Below are positions 9,779-19,089 of a stretch of 64,000 bases of DNA, in pieces. The DNA is from Clostridia bacterium (GTDB taxonomy: Bacteria > Bacillota > Clostridia > TANB77 > CAG-465), in contig JAUNGP010000003.1 of assembly GCA_030524345.1 (NCBI GenBank), positions 3,775-67,774 of the forward strand. The letters are read 5' to 3'. A model generated the notes under the pieces. It was not told where the DNA came from. It was given only the letters and a program-made list of their open reading frames with translations, and ran no database searches. Numbering within the stretch: the first letter of the stretch is position 1; every line of letters starts with the position of its first letter. Position numbers and translations under genes: made by a program.

Positions 9779-10606
9779 TTACTTTTCTATAGATTTTATA
9801 TTAATATCAATTCCATATAGATTAATTCCTGTTGCATAATCAATTGCATATATTACTACATTCCTTACTTCAGAGCTAATTTTTTGAATATTCTTTCCAA
9901 ATTTTACTTCAATATCAATATCTAGTTTCATTCCATAACTATATTTTTGAGTGGCAACTCTAAATACTCTGGTTACTCCATTTACTTTTGAAACGGAATG
10001 AGAAATAATTGAATTGATAACATTATCAGAAATACTATAATTTCCAAGATAACTATATGTCGGCCTAATGATAGTTTTCTCAGACGTTGATGTTTCATAT
10101 TCACCCGAATCCTGTTTTTTAAAGATATCAAAAATCTTTAAGTTTTCTAAAAAATATCCAGAAAACTGCTTTTTTATCTCAAATGTAGGTACAGGAACTA
10201 CGTGTTTTCCATCTTCTACTCTAGAACGTCTAGCCTCCTCAATCTGAGCACTACTAGCAATTTCTTGTATATATATTGTTTTACTAATTTCCCCAACTTC
10301 AAGATTTTCAGCTATCTTTTTTACCATATCATCCGATGTTCCAAGAATTAATAACTTATCAGGATTTTCTTTTTTTATCGCTTTAACCATAGCGATTCTT
10401 CTTTCCTCATTTAAAAATATAGCAGCCTTAACAGAAGCTATCTTACTAGCCTCTGTTTTAGCTGATCTTCCTGCTATCACTTTATTTTCCTTAATTAAAA
10501 TGGCATCATCTATGATATATCTTATATTATATTTATTAGCTACCTCTTGTGCATGGTAGCTCTTTCCAGTTCCTGTTTTTCCAACAAATGCATAAACTTG
10601 CATCAA
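9779..10606 (-). CDS. P-loop NTPase fused to an Asp23/Gls24-family domain
   Basis: N-terminal Walker A motif FVGKTGTGKS. The C-terminal ~100 aa (YSISDNVINSIISHSVSKVNGVTRV...IEVKFGKNIQKISSEVRNVVIYAIDYATGINLYGIDINIKSI) follow the Asp23 pattern. Confidence 0.7.
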   Translation of the reverse strand: MMQVYAFVGKTGTGKSYHAQEVANKYNIRYIIDDAILIKENKVIAGRSAKTEASKIASVKAAIFLNEERRIAMVKAIKKENPDKLLILGTSDDMVKKIAENLEVGEISKTIYIQEIASSAQIEEARRSRVEDGKHVVPVPTFEIKKQFSGYFLENLKIFDIFKKQDSGEYETSTSEKTIIRPTYSYLGNYSISDNVINSIISHSVSKVNGVTRVFRVATQKYSYGMKLDIDIEVKFGKNIQKISSEVRNVVIYAIDYATGINLYGIDINIKSIEK

Positions 10607-10615
10607 AAAAACCTC

Positions 10616-12724
10616 CTAAACTTTCATAAGATCTTTTGCAGTCAAGCTAAATTTTCCATCTTCTTTATTCATTTCAATAACTTTTACTAAAATATCATCT
10701 CCAACACTTAATGCATCTTCTACTTTTTCTACCCTTTTATTAGAAATCTTAGAAATGTGTAATAGTCCTTCTTTACCAGGAAGTATTTCAACCAAAGCTC
10801 CAAATTGCAACAATTTAGTTACTTTACCCATATAGACTTGATTTAGTTCAACATCCCTTGTTAAAGATTCAATGATTTCAAGTGCTCTATCAATTTTTTC
10901 CTGTTCGATACCGGCAACAAAAACTGTTCCATCATCTTCAATATCAATTTTTACCCCAGTTTCATCAATAATTTTATTAATTGTTTTGCCACCTGTACCA
11001 ATAATATCTCTTATTTTTTCTGGATTTACTTTGATAGTCTCTATTTTTGGTGCATATTTAGACAAATGATCTCTTGGTTTATCAATTGCCTTTAGCATAA
11101 CTTCATCTAGTATATACTTTCTAGCTTTTGCCGTTCTTGCAAATGCTTCTTCTATTATTTCATATGTAAGACCATCTATTTTAATGTCAACTTGAATAGC
11201 AGTAATACCATTCTTAGTACCTGCAACTTTAAAGTCCATATCTCCAAAAAAGTCTTCAATCCCTTGAATATCTGTTACCATAATATAGTCGGATGTATCA
11301 CCATCTTTGGTAAACAGTCCAGTTGAAATTCCTGCAACAGGCTCCTTAATGGGAACACCTGCATCCATAAGGGCAAGTGTTGAACCACAAACGCTACCTT
11401 GAGAAGTAGATCCATTTGAGCTTAAAACTTCAGATACAACTCTAATTGTATAAGGAAATTCTTCCTTTGAAGGAATCACTGGCTCTAATGCTCTTTCTGC
11501 AAGTGCACCATGCCCAATTTCACGTCTTCCAGGAGCACGTGATGGTCTTGCTTCTCCTACACTAAATGGTGGAAAATTATAATGGTGCATATATCTTTTA
11601 GATTCTTCTTCATCAAGTCCATCAAATGTTTGCTCATCTGATAAAGTTCCAAGAGTCACCATAGACAGTACTTGAGTTTGTCCACGAGAAAATAGTGCAC
11701 TACCATGTACTCTTTCAAATAAACCAACCTCTGCGCTAAGAGGTCTTATCTCATCAAGTCCTCTTCCATCCACTCTTTTTCCTTTCTGAATTACTAAATT
11801 TCTAACGGCTTTTTTCTCTGCTTTATACAAAGCTTCTCCAATCATAGATTTATTTTCTTCATAAGCCTCTTCACCAAACTTTGCAATATATTCTTGCTTT
11901 ACAAACTCATTAATTGCTTCTACGTTTTCATCTCTTACTGTCTTATCTGTTGCAAGCACGGCTTCACCCATTTTATCAGTTGCAATATTTGAGACAAATT
12001 CGACAATTTCTTCAGGTACAGCAAAAGATTTATATTTGGCTTTTGGTTTTCCAACTTCAGCTTTCATTTTACCAATAAATTCACAAACTTTTTTTATCTC
12101 TGTATGTGCAAGCTTGATAGCTTCAAGCATTTTAGCATCTGGAACCTCAGATGCACCAGCCTCAATCATACAAACTTTTTCTGGAGTAGCAGATACAGTC
12201 AGATCAAGTTTTGATTTTTCCCTTTGCTCTAATGTAGGATTTAAAACAAGCTCTCCATCAACAAGACCTACTTTTACAGTTCCAACTAATACATCAAAAG
12301 GAATATCAGATATATTAAGTGCAATAGATGCTCCAAGAGATGCTGGAACTTCAGGTAATATATCAGGATCTACTGCAAGCACTAAGGCATTAATTGAGGT
12401 ATCATTCCTATAATCCTTAGGAAATAGAGGTCTCATTGGTCTATCAATAACACGTGATACAAGTATTGCTTTAGTTGTTGGTCTTCCTTCCCTTTTAATA
12501 TATCCACCAGGAATTTTACCAACAGAATAAAGTCTTTCTTCATAATCAACAGAAAGCGGTAAAAAATCAATACCATCTTTTGGTTCTTTTGACATTGTTA
12601 CGTTAACAAGAACTGCTGTTTCTCCATATCTTACTAAGCAAGATCCATTAGCAAGACCAGCCATTTTGCCTGTTTCAACAACAAGTGGTCTACCCGCAAA
12701 GGTAGTTTCAAATTTTTTAAACAT
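10616..12724 (-). CDS. pnp: polyribonucleotide nucleotidyltransferase (PNPase)
   Basis: 702 aa with two RNase PH domains, a KH domain (GGKTINKIIDETG) and an S1 domain (GKVTKLLQFGALVEI). Confidence 0.95.
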   Translation of the reverse strand: MFKKFETTFAGRPLVVETGKMAGLANGSCLVRYGETAVLVNVTMSKEPKDGIDFLPLSVDYEERLYSVGKIPGGYIKREGRPTTKAILVSRVIDRPMRPLFPKDYRNDTSINALVLAVDPDILPEVPASLGASIALNISDIPFDVLVGTVKVGLVDGELVLNPTLEQREKSKLDLTVSATPEKVCMIEAGASEVPDAKMLEAIKLAHTEIKKVCEFIGKMKAEVGKPKAKYKSFAVPEEIVEFVSNIATDKMGEAVLATDKTVRDENVEAINEFVKQEYIAKFGEEAYEENKSMIGEALYKAEKKAVRNLVIQKGKRVDGRGLDEIRPLSAEVGLFERVHGSALFSRGQTQVLSMVTLGTLSDEQTFDGLDEEESKRYMHHYNFPPFSVGEARPSRAPGRREIGHGALAERALEPVIPSKEEFPYTIRVVSEVLSSNGSTSQGSVCGSTLALMDAGVPIKEPVAGISTGLFTKDGDTSDYIMVTDIQGIEDFFGDMDFKVAGTKNGITAIQVDIKIDGLTYEIIEEAFARTAKARKYILDEVMLKAIDKPRDHLSKYAPKIETIKVNPEKIRDIIGTGGKTINKIIDETGVKIDIEDDGTVFVAGIEQEKIDRALEIIESLTRDVELNQVYMGKVTKLLQFGALVEILPGKEGLLHISKISNKRVEKVEDALSVGDDILVKVIEMNKEDGKFSLTAKDLMKV

Positions 12725-12763
12725 AAATTTCCTCCTTATATTATATTTCTACAATAAAAGGTT

Positions 12764-12813
12764 GTAATAATAATTTCTAAATATATAATAATATATCCAC
12801 AAATTATTACTAC
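12764..12813 (-). promoter_or_regulatory. long hairpin in the pnp 5' leader
   Basis: 13-nt arms GTAATAATAATTT / AAATTATTACTAC pair at 12 of 13 positions, with a 24-nt loop. The hairpin lies between the predicted promoter and the pnp RBS. Confidence 0.35.
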
Positions 12814-12838
12814 AATTACTCCTTTTATTGCCGCTAAT

Positions 12839-12867
12839 ATTATACTATATCTTAAAACTTTCTTCAA
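12839..12867 (-). promoter_or_regulatory. sigma-A type promoter for pnp
   Basis: Reverse strand reads TTGAAG, 17 nt, TATAAT. Confidence 0.5.
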
Positions 12868-12936
12868 GTAAAATGGCACAAAAACAGAAAAAAGGACCAA
12901 ATATTGACATTATTTCAATAATTAGTCCTCTCTACT

Positions 12937-13581
12937 TCAAACAACCAGTTCCTTTAGTTCTATTAAATTTTTTCTAAAACTTTCTAAGTATGCTATATTA
13001 AAATTACGATTTTTAGCACTCGCTTTTTTCTTTTTATTACCAAGGTAAAATTCTTCTGACAACAATTCATAAATGCAATCATTGATATACACTCTATCTT
13101 TTGTAGGCAATGATTTTATGCCTATAATCAATAGTTTTTGTACTTTAATGACTTCATTATTTTGTAAAAAGCTATCATAATCTATATGAGCATAGTACTG
13201 TAAAACAGATCCCACCCTGATATTTTGAATCTTTACTTCATATTCGGTAGCAAGGTCTATAAAACTTACACAAAGCTTACAGATTGTCTCTAATAGAGAA
13301 CTGGTAAATAGCACATTTTTCTCCATATATTCTTCAAAAAAACTATAAATATCAGAATCCAGTGAGAAAATAAGGCTTTCCACTTCTTCATCTTTTTCAA
13401 GTTCTTTTAGCACGTCACTTCTTATTTTAACGGTTACTATTTTGGCTTTAAACTCATGAATTTTTTCAAAAATTTCTTCCTCTTCAATTCCATACTGCAG
13501 TAATTTTTTTACTAGTACTTCTTCATAATCAATCAATATACCAAATATTTTTTCCTTAGATATCATGCTATATTCCTCCAA
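12937..13581 (-). CDS. hypothetical acidic protein
   Basis: 214-aa ORF with its own promoter. No family recognised. Confidence 0.55.
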   Translation of the reverse strand: MEEYSMISKEKIFGILIDYEEVLVKKLLQYGIEEEEIFEKIHEFKAKIVTVKIRSDVLKELEKDEEVESLIFSLDSDIYSFFEEYMEKNVLFTSSLLETICKLCVSFIDLATEYEVKIQNIRVGSVLQYYAHIDYDSFLQNNEVIKVQKLLIIGIKSLPTKDRVYINDCIYELLSEEFYLGNKKKKASAKNRNFNIAYLESFRKNLIELKELVV

Positions 13582-13648
13582 ATATTTTATACCTTTATAA
13601 GATATCTCCTGTCATATTAATGAATGGGTTTCATATTTTAACATTTAT

Positions 13649-13677
13649 ATTATACAGCAAATTTATGTAAATTTCAA
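13649..13677 (-). promoter_or_regulatory. sigma-A type promoter
   Basis: Reverse strand reads TTGAAA, 17 nt, TATAAT (TGn-extended). Confidence 0.5.
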
Positions 13678-13711
13678 CCAAATCATCAAAATATATATCA
13701 AAGACACAAAT

Positions 13712-13734
13712 TGAGATGGCCAACAGCCATCTCA
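13712..13734 (-). terminator. hairpin terminator after the TSCPD gene
   Basis: TGAGATGGC / GCCATCTCA stem with a 5-nt loop, directly after the stop at 13741. Confidence 0.6.
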
Positions 13735-13740
13735 TTAATC

Positions 13741-14001
13741 TTACATCTTTTTATTTTTAGTAATTTCTTCTAGAGCAGTCGCTAATTGGTCAGGACATGA
13801 TGTTCCTCTCAGTCCACATGGAATCCCTTTTAGTCTCTGTATTACATCTTTTACTCTCATTCCTTTTACCAAAACCGAAACGCCAGCAGTATTTCCAGCA
13901 CATCCTCCAATGATTTTAACATCCTTTATAACATCATTTTCATCAATATCTATGATAAATTCTCTAGAACAAACACCTTGTGGTTTATATCTATATTCCA
14001 T
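13741..14001 (-). CDS. TIGR03905-type TSCPD-domain 4-Cys protein
   Basis: 86 aa reading ..GVCSREFIIDIDENDVIKDVKIIGGCAGNTAGVSVLVKGM...GIPCGLRGTSCPDQLA. Confidence 0.8.
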   Translation of the reverse strand: MEYRYKPQGVCSREFIIDIDENDVIKDVKIIGGCAGNTAGVSVLVKGMRVKDVIQRLKGIPCGLRGTSCPDQLATALEEITKNKKM

Positions 14002-14013
14002 TTTTTTCTCCCT

Positions 14014-14958
14014 TTAAGCTTTATTCTCAGATCCAAGTACATGAATTATTTTATGTTTTACCATTTCTTTTACTGCAGTTCTTGCTTGACCTAAATAAGT
14101 TCTTGGATCGAAAACTTCTGGATTCTTTGTAAAACATTCACGAATATTAGCAGTCATAGCAAGTCTTATATCACTATCGATATTAATTTTACATACAGCC
14201 ATAGTAGCAGCCTTCTTTAGCATTTCCTCTGGAACTCCTTTAGCACCAGGAATATTTCCACCATATTCATTGCACATTTCTACAAATTCTTGTGGAACAG
14301 ATGAAGCACCATGTAAAACAATAGGAAAACCTGGTAATCTTCTTGAAATTTCTTCTAATATATCATATCTAAGCCTTGCTTCCCCCTTAAATTTATATGC
14401 TCCATGACTTGTTCCAATGGCAATTGCTAAAGAATCACATCCTGTTCTTCTTACGAATTCTTCTGCTTCAGCAGGGTTTGTATACATTGCATCATCTGAT
14501 GAAACGTTTACATCATCTTCAATTCCAGCAAGTTTTCCAATCTCTGCTTCAACAACTACTCCTCTTGCATGTGCATAATCAACCACTTTTTTAGTTAAAG
14601 CTACATTTTCTTCAAAATCGTATTTTGAACCATCAATCATAACTGAAGTAAATCCACTATCAATACAATCTTTACAAGTCTCAAAATCTGCACCATGATC
14701 TAAATGTAATACCATTGGTATATCTTTACCTGCTTGTTTATTACATTCAAGTGCTGCTTCTACAAGTTTTTTTAAATAAATTGGATTGGCATATTTTCTA
14801 GCACCAGCTGATACTTGTAGTATGACTGGTGAATTTGTTTCATTTGCAGCCTCTACAATTCCTTGAATAATCTCCATATTATTGACATTAAAAGCGCCAA
14901 TTGCATATCCACCTTGATATGCTTTCTCAAACATTTCTTTTGTAGTTACAAGTCCCAT
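14014..14958 (-). CDS. fba: class II fructose-1,6-bisphosphate aldolase
   Basis: Contains GAFNVNNMEIIQGIVEAA, HLDHG and IAIGTSHGAYKF. Confidence 0.95.
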   Translation of the reverse strand: MGLVTTKEMFEKAYQGGYAIGAFNVNNMEIIQGIVEAANETNSPVILQVSAGARKYANPIYLKKLVEAALECNKQAGKDIPMVLHLDHGADFETCKDCIDSGFTSVMIDGSKYDFEENVALTKKVVDYAHARGVVVEAEIGKLAGIEDDVNVSSDDAMYTNPAEAEEFVRRTGCDSLAIAIGTSHGAYKFKGEARLRYDILEEISRRLPGFPIVLHGASSVPQEFVEMCNEYGGNIPGAKGVPEEMLKKAATMAVCKINIDSDIRLAMTANIRECFTKNPEVFDPRTYLGQARTAVKEMVKHKIIHVLGSENKA

Positions 14959-14975
14959 ATTTATACCCCCTAATA

Positions 14976-16367
14976 CTAATAACCATTACTATTTCTTGTT
15001 CTTGATATTCCTTCATCTTCACGCGACTTTTCATCAGTCTCTAGCGTTTCATCTGCTCTTTTGTCCATAGCATCTATAATCTCATCATCATTATTTACCG
15101 CATCTAGTCCGCCGATATAATCTGAATATTCATATTCATCATTTGCAACTTCACGGTTTGATCTATCTGTATCATCTGTAATTAATCTATCTACATCCAA
15201 ATCATTCCTATATTGTAAAATAAGCATATCCATTTCAGCGACATCGCCTCTTTGTTTTGCGTCATTATATCTTCTTATAAATTCCTTTTTTCTTTCCTCT
15301 TGTAGATCTTCTTCATTTTTCTCGAGCTCTTTTATATCTTCAATGTTATCTTTTGTATCAGCAATATCATTATTCTTCTCGGACTCATCATAAGATGGCT
15401 CATCCATGATGCCTTGACCAGTAGAATCCATTGACATTCCTGCCACATCTCTATCAGTGCTGCTATTACGAATTCCTTCTCTTTCTGCAAATCTTTGATT
15501 TTCTTCAAGACCATCTATTTGTCTGCTATATTCTTCTAAACTTGGATCCTGCTCTCTTATTTCAAAAGATACTTGCATATAGCGCTCCCTTAGTGCCATC
15601 ATTTGTTCTGGAGTAGCCAAATGTGGATTTAAAGTAAAATATTGTATATCTTCTGCTATCTCATTTTTTTCATCATACAATTGTTTTAATTCATCAATTC
15701 CTTCTCTAGTAACATCATCAACTTGCTTTTGTTTTTCATCAAATTCTTTTTTAAATTCACTTCTTAGCTCAGAGATTCTAGGATCATTTGAAAAACGCTC
15801 ACCACCCATTTTATGATTGGCCATTTCAATTCCTGTTAAATATCTTTCATAAATTACTAGTTTTGTTCCTTCTTTATCGCCAACAGTAAGAGAGCCATCT
15901 GCAATTTGCTTTGTTTTAACTTGCATCATAAGTTGACTATACTCTTGAAATACTTCTTCATATATAGCCTTATATATTTCAGATTGTAATTCCTCATCTG
16001 TAAGTTCCTCTGTTCTACCTTCTTTTTTTAATTTTTCTAATGCTTCCTGTTTTGTTTTCTCATCTACGCCTTCAGGTAAATTCAAAGCTTCTAAATTTCT
16101 TTCTTGTTCTCTTTCTTGAAGTTTCTCCATTCCTCCTTCAACAAAAGTAGCAGCAAGTTCACTTTGAATATCAGAATTGCCTGTTTTTTTATCATAATAT
16201 TCTATTAACATTTTGTTTGTATCATCAAACTCCATAGAATCCTTAATAGCCTGTTGCGACTTTTCAAACTCTCTTTGTGTCTTAGAAGTAAGGGCAATCG
16301 TTTCCTGAACTGCCATTTCTAAGTCTTTCTTACTTTTTCCAAATATTTTTTCTTCTAATCCTTCCAT
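14976..16367 (-). CDS. very acidic, helix-rich orphan protein with a shared C-terminal EYEY..GL..DDEI module
   Basis: 463 aa, rich in D/E/K, with no signal peptide or TM segment. Its C-terminal ~50 aa align with the tail of the upstream gene product. Confidence 0.7.
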   Translation of the reverse strand: MEGLEEKIFGKSKKDLEMAVQETIALTSKTQREFEKSQQAIKDSMEFDDTNKMLIEYYDKKTGNSDIQSELAATFVEGGMEKLQEREQERNLEALNLPEGVDEKTKQEALEKLKKEGRTEELTDEELQSEIYKAIYEEVFQEYSQLMMQVKTKQIADGSLTVGDKEGTKLVIYERYLTGIEMANHKMGGERFSNDPRISELRSEFKKEFDEKQKQVDDVTREGIDELKQLYDEKNEIAEDIQYFTLNPHLATPEQMMALRERYMQVSFEIREQDPSLEEYSRQIDGLEENQRFAEREGIRNSSTDRDVAGMSMDSTGQGIMDEPSYDESEKNNDIADTKDNIEDIKELEKNEEDLQEERKKEFIRRYNDAKQRGDVAEMDMLILQYRNDLDVDRLITDDTDRSNREVANDEYEYSDYIGGLDAVNNDDEIIDAMDKRADETLETDEKSREDEGISRTRNSNGY

Positions 16368-16422
16368 TCATTCAACTCCTCCTTATAAAATCTATTTTAC
16401 TATATCTTCCAATCTTTTTCAA

Positions 16423-18177
16423 CTAAACATGAACACTATTTTGATCCCAAATAGTTCTCTCTATTCCCTGTTCTTCTATTTGAGGCTCATCCACTGCCAG
16501 TTCCCTTTCTTCCTCTCTTCTTTTTATATTTTCTACTATTTCATCATCTGAACATATCTCATTAAGCCCAGAAATATTATCAAAGTATTCATATTCACTA
16601 CTTTCTATCACATCATCCCCTAAAGCTAAAGGTTTTTCTTTACTATCACCAAATATATTTTTTAATTTTTCTCTTCCACTCTTAAAGAATTCCTTTACTT
16701 TCGATAATCCAAAATTAAACTTATCCCTTCTATTTTTTCTTAATTTCATATTATTCATGTCTAACATTTCCTCTACGGAATCAGATACATCAACTAAATC
16801 TTCCTCCTGTATAGGTTCATATAGCACTTCCATTCCGTGATCTGTCATAGCAGGAACACCTATAGCGACCTCTTGAGTCTTTGCTCTTAAATCCATATAT
16901 TCATTATATTTTTCCTCTGATTCTTGTGTTATAAACTGAACGGCATTGCCATCCGTTTTTCGATAGAAAGTTATTTCTGTTAAAGTATTTTCATTTTTAG
17001 TGTTATCAAAAGCACCATCCGATCGTAAAAAGTACTCTTTTCCATCTATATTTAATTTAAATTCTGTAGCACCTTTTGTGCTAATATCACAAATCTCATA
17101 AGGAATATCATTTGCAATATAAAATAATTCCATTAATTTAGAAACTTCTATTTCCTTATCTCCAATTAATACCGTTCTAAAGTTCATCTTTCTATCTGTA
17201 TTATTTGAAACAATATTATTTTCTACATAACCTAATATTAACAGTTGCTTCTCAAGATCTGTTTTGGCATCCTTAATCCCTAGCTCATCTGATATTTCAT
17301 CAATACGATATCTACCAATAATACATGAAGATACCGCACTTCTTGCTTTTAATATTTCTTCATCACTTACTTCAAGACTATTAAAAATAGACTTTCTTTC
17401 TGATACTTCCTCTCCCATCAATTTCTTCGCTTGCTCATAAATAGGGTTATATATTTTATTATAAGACTCTAAATTGGTATAATATTCATCATTTCCATAT
17501 CCAAAAACTTTTTTCGTACTTACATGTGGCCATTCTTCTGAACTCATACGAAGCTTTTTTGCAGAGCCACTGTAATTTGTTGGATCTAAATATACAACAT
17601 TTCCATTTTGTAGAATCGATAAAGTGGACATATGATTGATAGACTTTTCTGCTTTTTGATCTTCTGTGAATAATGATGCATCCATATAATTTTGACATTC
17701 TATACTATTTACTCCAGAGCTCCTCAATACATCTCTTAAAAAGAAAGCTTGAGATGCACATACTCCCTTACCAAGTATAGCTGCATTTAGTCCAGATTGA
17801 CTAATATCTGATATAGAACCACTAGGAAAATTTTCATAACAGCACATAAATCTTGTATACTCAAGTGCATTTAAAATTTTCTCTTTTTCAGTAAAGCCAT
17901 CATTTCCAATAGCACTTGAAACCAAATTTACTTCTTTTATATATCTATCGTATAATTCTTCTTTATCCATACTATAAAATCTAGTTGACTCTTTTGTATT
18001 ATTCATATAGTCTCTTATATGAAATATTTCTGAATTTGGACTTAATTCAGGATCATTCCACATTTCATTTAGTACTTTCATCTTATAGATATAAAAATCA
18101 TTTATCTCTCTTTTAACATCATCTTCACTAAAATACCAGGATGAATTTCTTGAAACATCCTTTAATACCTCTTCCAT
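16423..18177 (-). CDS. transglutaminase-like (papain-fold) domain protein with a shared C-terminal EYEY..GL..DDEI module
   Basis: Ordered Cys/His/Asp triad candidates: GKGVCASQAFFLRDVLRSSG, INHMSTLSIL and VVYLDPTNY. 584 aa with no signal peptide. Confidence 0.7.
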   Translation of the reverse strand: MEEVLKDVSRNSSWYFSEDDVKREINDFYIYKMKVLNEMWNDPELSPNSEIFHIRDYMNNTKESTRFYSMDKEELYDRYIKEVNLVSSAIGNDGFTEKEKILNALEYTRFMCCYENFPSGSISDISQSGLNAAILGKGVCASQAFFLRDVLRSSGVNSIECQNYMDASLFTEDQKAEKSINHMSTLSILQNGNVVYLDPTNYSGSAKKLRMSSEEWPHVSTKKVFGYGNDEYYTNLESYNKIYNPIYEQAKKLMGEEVSERKSIFNSLEVSDEEILKARSAVSSCIIGRYRIDEISDELGIKDAKTDLEKQLLILGYVENNIVSNNTDRKMNFRTVLIGDKEIEVSKLMELFYIANDIPYEICDISTKGATEFKLNIDGKEYFLRSDGAFDNTKNENTLTEITFYRKTDGNAVQFITQESEEKYNEYMDLRAKTQEVAIGVPAMTDHGMEVLYEPIQEEDLVDVSDSVEEMLDMNNMKLRKNRRDKFNFGLSKVKEFFKSGREKLKNIFGDSKEKPLALGDDVIESSEYEYFDNISGLNEICSDDEIVENIKRREEERELAVDEPQIEEQGIERTIWDQNSVHV

Positions 18178-18201
18178 ATATACCTCTCTTAAACTATTGC
18201 A

Positions 18202-18960
18202 TTATATATCCAAATCTATTCCAATTGGGCAATGGTCACTTCCATAGATTTCATGATAAATACTTGCATTTTTTAATTTTTCCTGAATAGACTCAGAAAT
18301 AATAAAGTAATCTATCCTCCAACCAATATTTTTTTCACGTGCATTTCTCATGTATGACCACCAACTATATGCATCCTTTTTATCAGGATATAAAGTACGA
18401 AATGTATCTATAAATCCGTTTTTTAAAAGAGTGGTCATCTTGTCTCTTTCTTGATCAGTAAATCCAGCGCTAAAGTGATTTGTTTTAGGATTTTTGATAT
18501 CAATCTCCTCATGTGCTACATTTAAGTCTCCACAATATATAACAGGCTTTACCTGATCAAGAGATTTTAAGTACTGTAAAATCTCGTCTTCCCATGTCAT
18601 TCGATACTCTAATCTTTCAAGTTCTCTTTTTGAGTTTGGAGTATAACAGTTCACCAAAAAGAAATTATCATACTCAAGTGTAATTATACGACCTTCTTTA
18701 TCATGCTCTTCTATACCAATTCCATAAGTCACGTTTAGTGGCTTTATTTTTGTAAAAATAGCAGTACCAGAATATCCTTTTTTCTCTGCACTGTTCATAA
18801 ATTGATAATACCCCTCAAATTTAATATGTTCTGCCTGCTCCGCTTGCATTTTTGTTTCCTGTATACAAAATATATCTGCATCAATATTCCTAAAAAAATC
18901 CTCAAAGCCTTTGGTAAGACACGCTCTAAGTCCATTTACATTCCACGATATTAACTTCAT
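18202..18960 (-). CDS. xth: exodeoxyribonuclease III
   Basis: Starts MKLISWNVNGLRA, with QETK, GDLNVAH and a C-terminal SDHCP motif. Confidence 0.95.
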   Translation of the reverse strand: MKLISWNVNGLRACLTKGFEDFFRNIDADIFCIQETKMQAEQAEHIKFEGYYQFMNSAEKKGYSGTAIFTKIKPLNVTYGIGIEEHDKEGRIITLEYDNFFLVNCYTPNSKRELERLEYRMTWEDEILQYLKSLDQVKPVIYCGDLNVAHEEIDIKNPKTNHFSAGFTDQERDKMTTLLKNGFIDTFRTLYPDKKDAYSWWSYMRNAREKNIGWRIDYFIISESIQEKLKNASIYHEIYGSDHCPIGIDLDI

Positions 18961-19089
18961 ATTTTTTCTCCCTCTCTATTGATACAAAAATTATACCATC
19001 TACCATTTTATTTTTCAAGTAAATTATATCAGAACATAAATAAAGGATCTGCAAAATTTTGCAAGACCCTTTTTACTATTTTGTTTTTT

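Noticed and set aside
12036-12413. 125-aa plus-strand ORF inside pnp. The same class includes 10872..11069, 9472..9792, 7808..8083, 6869..7072, 5825..6067, 2316..2688 and 14397..14594.
   Set aside because: It is antisense to a confidently identified gene and rich in Ser/Ile/Phe/Leu, as expected from the reverse complement of AT-rich coding DNA. It has no RBS or promoter.
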